A DNA stretch of 64,000 nucleotides from Acidobacteriota bacterium (GCA_003223555.1 QHVM01000017.1:14425-78424), one strand, 5' to 3'; counted from the stretch's first letter, positions 1 through 13,440 are shown. A program made the numbers and translations. Notes: generated from the sequence alone by a model not told the origin.

Positions 1-1074
1 GATGAACTGGATGCTCTCCAGGTGCGGATCGACGACCGTGCGGGAGAGCTGGCGGGTCACGTTGCCGGTGCGGGTGTCCTCGAGGAAAAGCTCCACCGAG
101 AACTGCTGGCGCTCGGAGAGGAACGCCAGCCGCGTGCCGTCGGGGCTCAGCACCGGGCCGACGTTGAGCCGGCCCCCCTGGTGCTTCTCGGTCGTGAGCG
201 CCACACCGTACGCATCGGCGTCCTTCTTGCCGGTGATCACGGGGGCGCACGCCTCGCGCACGGCGGCGTGCCAGTCCTTGGTCAGCGTCTTGGAGTCGAC
301 GCGCAGCACCTGCTTGATGACCGTCTCGACATCGTTGGTGCGGGGGCCGATGGCGCGCAGCATGCGGCCGAACACCTGGTCGCCGTAGCGGCCGGCGATG
401 TACGCCCAGAGCGCCTGCCCGTACCGGTACGGGAAGTAGCGCGCGCTCTCGAGCTGGCTCACCGTCGGCAGCCCCTTCTCCCGTCGCGCCGCGTCACGGA
501 TCCACATCGCGGTCAGGGGATCCGAAGGGCCGAGCGAGAGGTACTCCGCCATCCCCTCGATGAACCACAGCGGCATGCGCAGAGCGGAGGGGAAGTTGGT
601 GTCGGAGAGCTTGCCCTGGCCGGTCATCGCGTACTGGAACGCGTGGACCAGCTCGTGGCCGAGCACGTGGTCGGTCTCGGCCAGCGAGCCGCCGACCGGC
701 AGCACGATGCGCCGCTTGTAGGCCTCGGTGACGCCGCCGGTGCCTTCACCGGGCGGCCCGCCCAGGGTGTTCGTCTGCTGGAACTGCGGATGGCTGGCGT
801 AGAGGATGATCGGCTGGCGCTCCTTGAGCTGGTGATTGAGGATGTGGCCCAGCCGCGCGTGCCAGCGCTCGGCCATGCGCCCCACCTGCTCGGCGGCCTG
901 ACGTCCCTCCGGGTAGTAGTAGATGTCGAAGTGCGGCGTCTTCAGCACCTCGAATTTCAGGTGCTCCCACTGGACCGCGTTGCGACCGAAGTACTGGGCC
1001 CGGGCGGGGACGGCGCACAAGAGGGCGAGCGAGGCGGCGGAGACGAGGGCCAGGAACCGTGGTCTGGAGCGCAT
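1..1074 (-). CDS. Secreted zinc-metallopeptidase-like domain plus TolB/PD40 beta-propeller protein, probably the N-terminus of a metallo/WD40-Omp85-type protein; 3' end runs off the window
   Basis: Not in the ORF track because there is no stop in the window. Manual translation from ATG 1074 (GGAGGA RBS upstream) gives signal peptide MRSRPRFLALVSAASLALLCAVPARA, then QYFGRNAVQW..KTPHFDIYYY, HELVH (HExxH), WFIEGMAEY and PVLSPDGTRLAFLSER (PD40-like). Confidence 0.8.
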   Translation of the reverse strand, partial: MRSRPRFLALVSAASLALLCAVPARAQYFGRNAVQWEHLKFEVLKTPHFDIYYYPEGRQAAEQVGRMAERWHARLGHILNHQLKERQPIILYASHPQFQQTNTLGGPPGEGTGGVTEAYKRRIVLPVGGSLAETDHVLGHELVHAFQYAMTGQGKLSDTNFPSALRMPLWFIEGMAEYLSLGPSDPLTAMWIRDAARREKGLPTVSQLESARYFPYRYGQALWAYIAGRYGDQVFGRMLRAIGPRTNDVETVIKQVLRVDSKTLTKDWHAAVREACAPVITGKKDADAYGVALTTEKHQGGRLNVGPVLSPDGTRLAFLSERQQFSVELFLEDTRTGNVTRQLSRTVVDPHLESIQFI

Positions 1075-1113
1075 CGATTCCTCCGTTCGTGAGGGTTCCC
1101 GACCCTGCGGGCT

Positions 1114-1129
1114 AGCAAGGCCTGCGCCA
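1114..1129 (-). promoter_or_regulatory. sigma-54 (-24/-12) promoter
   Basis: Minus strand TGGCGC-AGGCC-TTGCT, GG-N10-GC spacing, 40 nt upstream of ATG 1074. Confidence 0.6.
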
Positions 1130-1378
1130 GGAGCCGCGACGCCGTCTTCTCCCCGCCCCGACTCGATTTTCCGGTCTCGTGTCGGGCGCCGTACCTCGCG
1201 TTTGTCTCACGGCAAGGACAGACGAATGTCCACCGCGTGCTACGTGACGCGGGAACTCTCCGGTCCGCTCGGCGCAACAAGAAGGGAGGGCCCTCGTCCG
1301 CCCCGCACCGCGTACCACGACAAATCACGGGAACCCTGCCGCCGCGTGCGGGGAATGGACAGGGAAGGGGCTCGCGGC

Positions 1379-2740
1379 ATGGAACGACAGCAGCGGAAGC
1401 CGCTCGCGGCGCTCGCGCTCATCCTCATCGTCATCTTCGGCCTGGCCGGCTGCGGCGAGAACCCCGTATCCGCCTCGGGGACCAGCTCGGGCCCGGTGAT
1501 CCTCTTCTCGCCCATCGCCTCCACGTCGGTCTATCTGATGAACCTCGACGGCGAGAAGCTCCACGAGTGGCAGACCGACTATGCCCCCGGGTACTCGGTG
1601 TACCTGCTGCCGACCGGCCTCCTGCTCCGCGCCCAGTCGATCCCCGAGCGGCCCTTCTCGACGCTGCAGGGCAGCAACGGCGGCCGCGTCGAGATGCTCG
1701 ACTGGGACAGCAAGGTCGTCTGGAGCTATGACTACGCGACCCTGGCCGGCCAGCAGCACCACGACGAGTTCTGGATGCCGACCAACGGCCACGTGCTCAT
1801 GGTGGCGTGGGAGAGACGCACGGCGGCCGAAGCCCTCGCCGCGGGGCGGCGCGCCGACACGCTTCCGAGCGAGGGCGAGCTGTGGGTGGACAAGATCGTC
1901 GAGGCGGACCCGGTGACGGACCGGATCGTGTGGGAGTGGCGCACGTGGGACCACCTCGTTCCCCCCGGCGCCGCGCCCGCCGACAACCCCGGGCTCGTCG
2001 ATCCGAACTTCGCCGCCACCCCCGGCGTCGACTGGACGCACGCCAACGCGGTCTTCTACAACGCAGCCCTCGACCAGGTCATGCTCAGCGTCCGCAACTT
2101 CAGCGAGATCTGGGTGATCGACCACAGCACCACGACGGCCCAGGCGGCCGGGCATGCCGGCGGCCGCCTGGGCCGGGGTGGGGACCTCGTGTACCGCTGG
2201 GGCAACCGGAGGGCCTACGGGATGGCGGGCGAGCAGCAGCTCTTCGGGCAGCACAACCCGACCTGGATCGCGGACGGGCTGAACGGCGCCGGCCACCTGC
2301 TGGTATTCGACAACGGCGACGTCAACACCCGGCCGTACTCGACCGTGGTGGAGCTGGAGACGCCCCTGCGTGGCGACGGGTCCTACGCCTACGACCCGGC
2401 GACGGGTTACGGCCCCTCGGCGCCGGTCTGGCAGTACATGGCCGACCCGCCCACAAGCTTCTTCGCGAACATCATCTCGGGCGCCCAGCGGCTGGCGAAC
2501 GGCGACACGCTGGTCACCAACGGCGTCGCCGGGCGGTTCTTCGAGGTGACGCCCGACGGGCAGACCGTCTGGTCCTACGTCGTGACCGACACCGCCGGGG
2601 CGACCAACTACATGGTGTTCCGCGCCGTCCGCTACGAAGCGGACTATCCCGGCCTGGCCGGCCGCACCCTCGTCCCGCAGGGCCCGCTCCGGATCGCGGC
2701 GGCCGCGCAAACGAACCTGGGGAAGGGCATCCGCTACTAG
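1379..2740 (+). CDS. Aryl-sulfate sulfotransferase (ASST) family lipoprotein
   Basis: Lipobox LAGC after a hydrophobic stretch; motifs QHHD, DWTHANAV, SVRNFSEIWVIDH, YRWGN, GQHNP, FDNG, SGAQRLANG. Start could also be 1355. Confidence 0.8.
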   Translation: MERQQRKPLAALALILIVIFGLAGCGENPVSASGTSSGPVILFSPIASTSVYLMNLDGEKLHEWQTDYAPGYSVYLLPTGLLLRAQSIPERPFSTLQGSNGGRVEMLDWDSKVVWSYDYATLAGQQHHDEFWMPTNGHVLMVAWERRTAAEALAAGRRADTLPSEGELWVDKIVEADPVTDRIVWEWRTWDHLVPPGAAPADNPGLVDPNFAATPGVDWTHANAVFYNAALDQVMLSVRNFSEIWVIDHSTTTAQAAGHAGGRLGRGGDLVYRWGNRRAYGMAGEQQLFGQHNPTWIADGLNGAGHLLVFDNGDVNTRPYSTVVELETPLRGDGSYAYDPATGYGPSAPVWQYMADPPTSFFANIISGAQRLANGDTLVTNGVAGRFFEVTPDGQTVWSYVVTDTAGATNYMVFRAVRYEADYPGLAGRTLVPQGPLRIAAAAQTNLGKGIRY

Positions 2741-4167
2741 CGCGATTCGCCGGTCGCCTGCAGCAGGCGTTCCAGCCGCTCGCGCAGGTCGGCCCGCGCC
2801 GGCGCCCAATCGGGGCGGTCGGCGAGGTTCGTCAGCTCGCCCGGATCGGAGGCCAGGTCGTACAGCTCCTCCTCGCCCGGCAGCGTCGGATACGTGACGT
2901 ACTTGCGGTCCATCGTGCGGATGGCGACGATGCTGGGTACGACCGGGATGCGGAAATCGGCCGCGTATTCGTAGAGGAACGAGTCGCGCACTCCCGCCGC
3001 CTCGCCGCGCAGCAGCCTGACGAGCGACCGACCCTGCATGGACCCCGGCACCGCGACACCGGCCAGGTCGAGGAGGGTCGGGGCCAGGTCGAGGTTCAGC
3101 ACCGCCGCGCTGACCCTCCGGGCCGCCAGGTCGCCGCCCTCGACCACCAGCGGTATCCGCAACGACTCTTCGTAGGCGACGCGCTTGTCCCCCAGCCGAT
3201 GCTCGCCCAGGAAGAGGCCGTTGTCGCTCAGGAACAGGACGTAGGTGGAGCGCGCGAGCCCGCGGCTGTCCAGGGTGGCCAGGAGGCGGCCCATGCTCTC
3301 GTCGACCGCGAGCAGGGTCCTCAGGTAGTCGAGCATCCAGGGCGCCCGGCCCGACCACGGCGAGGGCGGCAGCTCGGCGGGCAGCGGGTCGGGGCACTGC
3401 GTGAACGCGGCCGCCGTTCCGCCGCAGCCCGCGTAGCGGCGCTGCCAGGACGGCTTGTCGGCGAAGCTGTCCTCGAAGTTGGCCGGCTCCGGCACCGTGG
3501 CGTCCGCGAGCGCCGCCGCGTGGCGAGGGGCGGGCTCGAACGGAGCATGGGGCGCCTTGTGAGCGAGGATCAGCAGGAACGGCGCCGAGGTCCGCTGGTT
3601 CAGCCAGTCGACGGCATAGTCGGTCAGCAGGTCGGTGATGTACCCGGTCCGCTTCACGACGGCGCCGTCGACGTTCAGGGTCGGGTCTTCGTACACGCCC
3701 TGGCCGCGGAAGCTCACCCAGTGTTCGAAGCCGGGCCGCGGGGAATCGCGCGTCGCGTCCATGTGCCACTTGCCGACGAAGGCGGTGTGATAGCCCGCCT
3801 GCTGCAGGATCAGCGGGAACGTGGGGATGTCCGGGCTCAGCTCGATGCTCTCGTTGGCCATCACGCCGTGGGTGTGGGCGTAGAGGCCGGACAGGATGCT
3901 GGCCCGGCTGGGCGAGCAGAGCGAGGTGGTCACGAAGGCGCGGTCGAACTGGACGCCCTGGCTGGCCAGCCGCTGCAGGTTGGGCAGCGGGAGGAACGGC
4001 AAACGGCGGCCGGCCCCGAAGAGCCCGTAGGCCATGTCGTCGGCGATCACGACGACGAAGTTCGGGCGGGCGGCGGGGGTGGCGCTCGTCGGCGCCGCCG
4101 GGCCTCCGCAGCCCGTCCCCGCCGCGAGCACGCAGGCCGCGGCCGCGAGCGTGAGCGACGCAAGCAC
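2737..4167 (-). CDS. Formylglycine-dependent sulfatase (S1 family), exported
   Basis: RPNFVVVIADD, LCSPSRAS (CxPxR), GKWHM, HKAPH, SDNG..GEH, ELYDL..DPGE; GTG start with GGAG RBS. Confidence 0.9.
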   Translation of the reverse strand: MLASLTLAAAACVLAAGTGCGGPAAPTSATPAARPNFVVVIADDMAYGLFGAGRRLPFLPLPNLQRLASQGVQFDRAFVTTSLCSPSRASILSGLYAHTHGVMANESIELSPDIPTFPLILQQAGYHTAFVGKWHMDATRDSPRPGFEHWVSFRGQGVYEDPTLNVDGAVVKRTGYITDLLTDYAVDWLNQRTSAPFLLILAHKAPHAPFEPAPRHAAALADATVPEPANFEDSFADKPSWQRRYAGCGGTAAAFTQCPDPLPAELPPSPWSGRAPWMLDYLRTLLAVDESMGRLLATLDSRGLARSTYVLFLSDNGLFLGEHRLGDKRVAYEESLRIPLVVEGGDLAARRVSAAVLNLDLAPTLLDLAGVAVPGSMQGRSLVRLLRGEAAGVRDSFLYEYAADFRIPVVPSIVAIRTMDRKYVTYPTLPGEEELYDLASDPGELTNLADRPDWAPARADLRERLERLLQATGESR

Positions 4168-4312
4168 GCGCTCCGTGTTGCCGTGAGCTAGGGAGACGAG
4201 CTGACTCGCCCGGAGGGAGGGACCGGCCAGATGCTACGGCCGCGCGACCGGGGCGTCAAGCGTGCGTCATAACGCGCCGGCGCCCGAGCGAGCCTGCTAG
4301 ACTTCGGCTGTC

Positions 4313-8038
<3,726 letters not shown>

Positions 8039-8039
8039 C

Positions 8040-8055
8040 TGGCACCCTTCTTGCT
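8040..8055 (+). promoter_or_regulatory. sigma-54 promoter
   Basis: TGGCAC-CCTTC-TTGCT, exact consensus, immediately after the metH stop and ~50 nt before ATG 8107. Confidence 0.7.
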
Positions 8056-8106
8056 CTTCGTGCCGCTGGCCGCTGACTCTCTGCCTGGCCGGCCACGGAG
8101 GACGCG

Positions 8107-8742
8107 ATGTTCCGCACGTTCGTTGCCGTTGGTGGCGCGGTGCTGTTGTCGGCCGCCTCGCTCGGCGCCGACACCCTGGTCATGCGCGACGGCCGCCGCC
8201 TGCACGGGTCGCTCGTCTCGGTGGGCCGGGGGACGGTGGTCTTCGACCAGGACCGCGGCTACGGCCGGCCGCGCCAGACCCGGTTGCGCCTGAGCGAGGT
8301 GGACCGCATCGAGCTGCGGGACGCGGCCGAGGAAGAGGACGTCTTCACCGACGACGAGCGCGCCCGCGCCGACGACGAGCCGCGGGGGGGCGAGGACCGC
8401 GTGGTCGACGTCACGGCCGGCGAGCCGTGGACGGACACCGGCCTCGAGCTGAGGGCCGGCCAGGATCTGTACTTCTCGCCCGAGGGCATGGTGATCTGGT
8501 CCGCGGGCCACGAGGACGGACCGGGCGGGGAAGCGAACTCTCCCTACGACACTCGCCGGCCGATCCCCGGGCGCCCGGCCGGCGGCCTCATCGGCCGCAT
8601 CGGCACCGGCGCCGACACGTTCTTCATCGGCACCGACCGCGGGCCCTACCGGGTGAAGGTGCCGGGGCGGCTCTTCCTCGGCATCAACGACGACTACTTC
8701 GAGGACAACTCGGGGCGCTTCCGCGTCACGATCTCCTACTGA
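8107..8742 (+). CDS. Secreted protein with a C-terminal LecA/PA-IL-like beta-sandwich domain
   Basis: Signal peptide, GGAGG RBS; WTDTGL..G..GLIGRIG..FFIG..GRLFLGINDD..DNSG.F.V pattern. Confidence 0.6.
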   Translation: MFRTFVAVGGAVLLSAASLGADTLVMRDGRRLHGSLVSVGRGTVVFDQDRGYGRPRQTRLRLSEVDRIELRDAAEEEDVFTDDERARADDEPRGGEDRVVDVTAGEPWTDTGLELRAGQDLYFSPEGMVIWSAGHEDGPGGEANSPYDTRRPIPGRPAGGLIGRIGTGADTFFIGTDRGPYRVKVPGRLFLGINDDYFEDNSGRFRVTISY

Positions 8743-8756
8743 GGAGGCGCGCGGGC

Positions 8757-9173
8757 TTGAAGCTGGAGCTGCGCTATCCGGCCAGCCCCGAGAACGCGCT
8801 CGACCACGCCCAGCTCGCGGTGGAGGCGGCCTGGGAGTCCGGCTTCGAGCTGGACTACAGCCCCGGCAGCCTGGAGACCGCCGACGCGCAGATCGAGGCG
8901 CTGCGCGAGGAGGGTCGCACCGGCGAGGAGGCGGCCGAGGCGCTCTTCGTCCTCGGCTGCTACCTCGGGGAGGTGATGGCCCGGGCGCTGCGCGGCCGGT
9001 GGGTGGGCACCCCGCGCTCGCCGCTGGCCCACGTGTCGCCGTGGCCGATGGTCGTGATGCTGCCCGACGGCTCGGCCTGGGACCCGATCGGGAAGGCCTA
9101 CAAGCGGCTCGAGCTGGGCGACTCCGAGTACCTGCCCGGCTACTTCGCGGCCGCCGCCCGCAGCAGGCGTTGA
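8757..9173 (+). CDS. Conserved hypothetical protein (DUF3806/DUF6278-like)
   Basis: TTG start after GAGGAGG; LDYS..SL, G.YLGEV..R..G.W and P..K.YKR pattern; stop overlaps the next ATG. Confidence 0.6.
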   Translation: MKLELRYPASPENALDHAQLAVEAAWESGFELDYSPGSLETADAQIEALREEGRTGEEAAEALFVLGCYLGEVMARALRGRWVGTPRSPLAHVSPWPMVVMLPDGSAWDPIGKAYKRLELGDSEYLPGYFAAAARSRR

Positions 9174-9538
9174 TGGCAGACGATAACGAAGACGACGGGG
9201 GTCTGGGGGGGCCGAAGGACCCCCCGGCTCAAATGGCGAGCACGCGATTCACTCGCGTGCGAGTTGATGACGAACTGGACCTGCACGCTTTCGCGCCCCG
9301 CGACGTGCCGTCGGTCGTGGAGGAATACCTGCGCGCCTGCCGCGAGCGGGGCCTGCGCCTGGTGCGCGTCGTCCACGGCCGCGGGCGCGGCGTGCAGCGG
9401 GCCGAGGTGCGGCGCCTCCTCCGGAGCATGACCGCCGACGTGGAGTCGTTCGCCGATGCGCCGCCCGCCTCGGGCGGCTGGGGAGCGACGGTGGTGAGCC
9501 TGCGTCCGGCCGAGGCGGAGCCTCCCGCCGGCGGGTGA
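9173..9538 (+). CDS. Smr (small MutS-related) domain protein with an in-frame repeat insertion near the N-terminus
   Basis: LDLHAF, VHGRGRG, GGWGAT motifs; TGATG coupling with the upstream gene. Confidence 0.88.
   Translation: MADDNEDDGGLGGPKDPPAQMASTRFTRVRVDDELDLHAFAPRDVPSVVEEYLRACRERGLRLVRVVHGRGRGVQRAEVRRLLRSMTADVESFADAPPASGGWGATVVSLRPAEAEPPAGG
9197..9263 (+). repeat. Palindromic repeat family copy (G-run hairpin plus TTCAC-loop stem) inside the Smr CDS
   Basis: GGGGGTCTGGGGGGGCCGAAGGACCCCCCGGCTCA followed by GA-GCACGCGA-TTCAC-TCGCGTGC-GA. Confidence 0.7.
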
Positions 9539-9629
9539 AGAAAATCACAGGCGCCTTGGAATGACCGCCCCTCGGCCATTCCAAAGCCGGACCCTCGGGA
9601 GGCTCAGGCCGGCGTGGAAAAAATTCTTC

Positions 9630-9659
9630 TTGACAAGCGAGAAGCCTCCTCACTAGATT
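9630..9659 (+). promoter_or_regulatory. sigma-70-type promoter
   Basis: TTGACA-18 nt-TAGATT with an A/T-rich upstream tract. Confidence 0.55.
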
Positions 9660-9718
9660 GGTCTTCAACATTCACGGCGCGCGGGCAACGTACTTCCGGG
9701 GGCGGGCACGGCTTGTCG

Positions 9719-9946
9719 ATGCGCAACATCACGTTTGGATTCTTCGACGACAGCGGGCTCCCACGCGACACCCGGATCCTCATGTTCTACTCCTTCGAGA
9801 CCGAGGAGCACTTCCCGCGGTCGGGCATCCTCCACTATCACGTGGCGGAGCAACGCTTCGTGGGTCCGCGCCACGACCAGGAGCTGACCGCGGCGGCGCT
9901 GGACTTCCTGTCGCGCGCCGGACGGCTTCCGCTCGCTCGGGAGTGA
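9719..9946 (+). CDS. Small hypothetical protein (75 aa)
   Basis: MRNITFGFFDDSG...; high-GC3 codon usage; downstream of the promoter at 9630. Confidence 0.65.
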   Translation: MRNITFGFFDDSGLPRDTRILMFYSFETEEHFPRSGILHYHVAEQRFVGPRHDQELTAAALDFLSRAGRLPLARE

Positions 9947-9953
9947 AGCCGTT

Positions 9954-10010
9954 CATTCGTCCGCTCCCCCCCATGTCGCTCGCTCGGGAGTGAATCCCTC
10001 GCTCGCTGCT
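9954..10010 (-). repeat. Palindromic repeat copy (tandem-GA TTCAC stem)
   Basis: Minus strand GC-GA-GC-GA-GGGA-TTCAC-TCCC-GA-GC-GA-GC..GGGGGGGAGC..ACGAATG; near-identical to 14045-14099. Confidence 0.8.
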
Positions 10011-10103
10011 TGCTGCCATCTGCCTCGGGACTCGATGGCCCCGGGGCTGTGATAGCATGGCGGCTTTTGGGCGGCTCCCGGACGGAGTCGCTGGGGAGCC
10101 GTC

Positions 10104-11426
<1,323 letters not shown>

Positions 11427-11441
11427 GAGGAGCCGCCGGTC

Positions 11442-11663
11442 ATGGAGAAGAGTGCGCTCGCGGTCGGGGTCAAGCTCAAGGAGATCAGCACCGCGGACAT
11501 CGCCTACCAGAACTGCACGGTGCTCCACGCCGACGGCATCGGCCTCGTGTTCGAGGTCCAGCGCACGGTGGCCGAGGGCGGCAACGTGGAGAACGTCGTG
11601 AGCCAGGTCCTTGTGCCGTGGGTGAACATCCGGTACGTTCTTCTCATGGAGGAGCGGACCTGA
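11442..11663 (+). CDS. Small hypothetical beta-rich protein (73 aa)
   Basis: GAGGAG RBS, operonic position and typical codon usage. Confidence 0.75.
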   Translation: MEKSALAVGVKLKEISTADIAYQNCTVLHADGIGLVFEVQRTVAEGGNVENVVSQVLVPWVNIRYVLLMEERT

Positions 11664-11664
11664 C

Positions 11665-12213
11665 ATGAGGAAGAACGCTCTCACGATCGCCGTGCTCGCG
11701 GGCGCCCTCGCGCTGCCCGCCGCCGCCGTCGCCGCCTGCCGGACCGGCGGCCCCGACCCGGCGCCCGTTCCCGTCCCGGGCGACAGCCTGCAGTCGGGCA
11801 TCGCCCTCTTCCAGCAGGGGCAGTACGCGCGCGCCGAGGAGGCCTTGCGCCAGGCGTCCGGCCCGGAGGCGAGCGCGTACCTGGCGGGCAGCCTGGCCAA
11901 GCAGAAGAAGTACGCGGAGGCCGAGGCCCCGGCCAAGGCCGCCCTCGAGGCGAACCCCACCCACGAGGTGGCGGTGGCCGCCCTGGGGGAATCGCTCGTC
12001 GGCCAGCGCAAGTTCGACGAAGCGGTGAGCAGGATGTCGGACGCCCTCAAGCGCAAGTCCGATCTCGCCTACGCGTACTTCTGGCGCGGCCAGGCGTACT
12101 ACGGGAAGAAGCGCGCCGACCAGATGGTGTCGGACTTCGAGACCTTCCTGAAGCTGGCTCCCAAGGCGCCCGAGGCGCCGATCGTCCGCCAGCTCATCTC
12201 GAGCCTGGGCTAG
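11665..12213 (+). CDS. Exported tetratricopeptide-repeat protein
   Basis: Signal peptide; TPR-like repeats (ALGESL..Q.KFDEA, AYFWRGQAYY, FETFLKLAP.APEA). Confidence 0.85.
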   Translation: MRKNALTIAVLAGALALPAAAVAACRTGGPDPAPVPVPGDSLQSGIALFQQGQYARAEEALRQASGPEASAYLAGSLAKQKKYAEAEAPAKAALEANPTHEVAVAALGESLVGQRKFDEAVSRMSDALKRKSDLAYAYFWRGQAYYGKKRADQMVSDFETFLKLAPKAPEAPIVRQLISSLG

Positions 12214-12292
12214 CCGCATCGACGACGCGCTCTGGGTCGCGCACCTGGGTGCGCTGGGGGCCTGGCTGGGAGCGGCGCTCATCGCCCAGGCC

Positions 12293-12691
12293 ATGCTCCT
12301 CCGCGCGCGTCGGGGGGGCGATCCGGCGCGCGGGCTGGCCGCCCGCCGGGCGGTCCGGCCGCTGCTCGTCACGGAGCACGCTGGCCTGGCCCTCGCCCTC
12401 CTGGCCGGGCTCCTGCTGCTGCACCTGCGCGGCTGGGGACCGGGCCGCGCGCGGTGGCTCGGGCTGAAGCTGGGCCTGACCGTGTTCCTCGTCGTCCCCT
12501 TGGAGGCGATGCACGCCTGGGTCTGTCACGTGTGGATCGCGCGCGGCCTGCGCCAGACGGCCGCTCCGCCCTTCGCCCGGGACCTGGAGCGCGGGATCGG
12601 GATGGACGACATGATCCGCGCCCTCGCCCTTCCCCTGCTGGGCGTGGGCATCCCGCTCATCGTCTGGCTGTCGGTCAAACAACCCTTCTGA
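12293..12691 (+). CDS. Integral membrane protein (CopD/DUF2269-like topology); true start probably further upstream, near 12215
   Basis: Three to four hydrophobic segments, WL.LKL and a terminal V.QPF. The in-frame upstream extension IDDALWVAHLGALGAWLG has no canonical start codon. Confidence 0.65.
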   Translation: MLLRARRGGDPARGLAARRAVRPLLVTEHAGLALALLAGLLLLHLRGWGPGRARWLGLKLGLTVFLVVPLEAMHAWVCHVWIARGLRQTAAPPFARDLERGIGMDDMIRALALPLLGVGIPLIVWLSVKQPF

Positions 12692-12697
12692 GCGTGT

Positions 12698-12853
12698 TGA
12701 GCTGGGGGGTGCTAGCGGCGCACCCCCCAGACCCCCCGCTCGCTGCGCCGGACTGAATCCGGCTCCGCTCGCAAGCTTTGCGGCTGGGGGTGCTAGCGGC
12801 GCACCCCCCAGACCCCGCGCGCTCCGGCGAAGTGAATTCGCCTTCGCGCGCAG
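12698..12853 (-). repeat. Two tandem copies of the ~75-bp palindromic repeat between convergent genes
   Basis: GCTGGGGG(G)TGCTAGCGGCGCACCCCCCAGACCCC occurs twice here and again at 45188 and 46591. Confidence 0.92.
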
Positions 12854-12864
12854 ATGCGAGCGGG

Positions 12865-13440
12865 TCAGATCCGCCGCGCCCGCCGCTCGCTCTCGAGCAG
12901 GATGGCGATGATGGTCTTGGCGTCGCGCAGCTCGCCCGCGCGCAGCATCGCCCCCGCCTCTTCGAGGCTGAACCACTTCACGTCGAGGATCTCGTCGTCG
13001 TCGCGGCGCACGGGTGTCTCGGTCAGGCGGCTGGCGCGGAAGAGGTGCAGCACCTCGTCGCAGAATCCCGGCGTGGGATGGAAGACCGCCAGCGGCTCCA
13101 GCTCGCCTGCGCGGCGGCCCACCTCCTCCTCGATCTCGCGGCGGATGGCCTCGTCCGGCGATTCGCCCTTCTCCAGCAGGCCCGCCGGCGCCTCCCACAT
13201 CGCCCGGCCCACCGGATGCCGGTACTGCCGGACGAGGGCGAGCCGCCCGTCCTCGTCGACGGGCAGCGCGGCCACGGACCCTCGGTGGCGCACGACCTCG
13301 CGCAGCGCCCTGGTCCCGCCCTCCTCCTGGATCTCGTCCAACTCGAGGGAGAGGATCTTGCCGTCGTAGATGCGCCGGTGGCTGATCACGCGGACGGGCG
13401 GCTTGTCCCGGCCGGAAGACTCATCCCGAGCGGAGGCCAT
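12865..13440 (-). CDS. NUDIX hydrolase (ADP-ribose pyrophosphatase-like)
   Basis: Nudix box PAGLLEKGESPDEAIRREIEEEVG; RQYRHP, TPGFCDE, DAKT. Confidence 0.92.
   Translation of the reverse strand: MASARDESSGRDKPPVRVISHRRIYDGKILSLELDEIQEEGGTRALREVVRHRGSVAALPVDEDGRLALVRQYRHPVGRAMWEAPAGLLEKGESPDEAIRREIEEEVGRRAGELEPLAVFHPTPGFCDEVLHLFRASRLTETPVRRDDDEILDVKWFSLEEAGAMLRAGELRDAKTIIAILLESERRARRI

Noticed and set aside
22-1092. Long plus-strand ORFs at the window start
   Set aside because: They are antisense shadows of the real minus-strand gene and show no recognisable motifs.
4168-4312. Possible SAM or cobalamin riboswitch upstream of metH
   Set aside because: The spacer is short, no conserved aptamer motifs are visible, and a -10 box sits 9 nt before the ATG.
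12698-12853. Tandem repeats as a mini CRISPR array
   Set aside because: Only two units, the 'spacers' are themselves related palindromes, copies are dispersed, and there are no cas genes.
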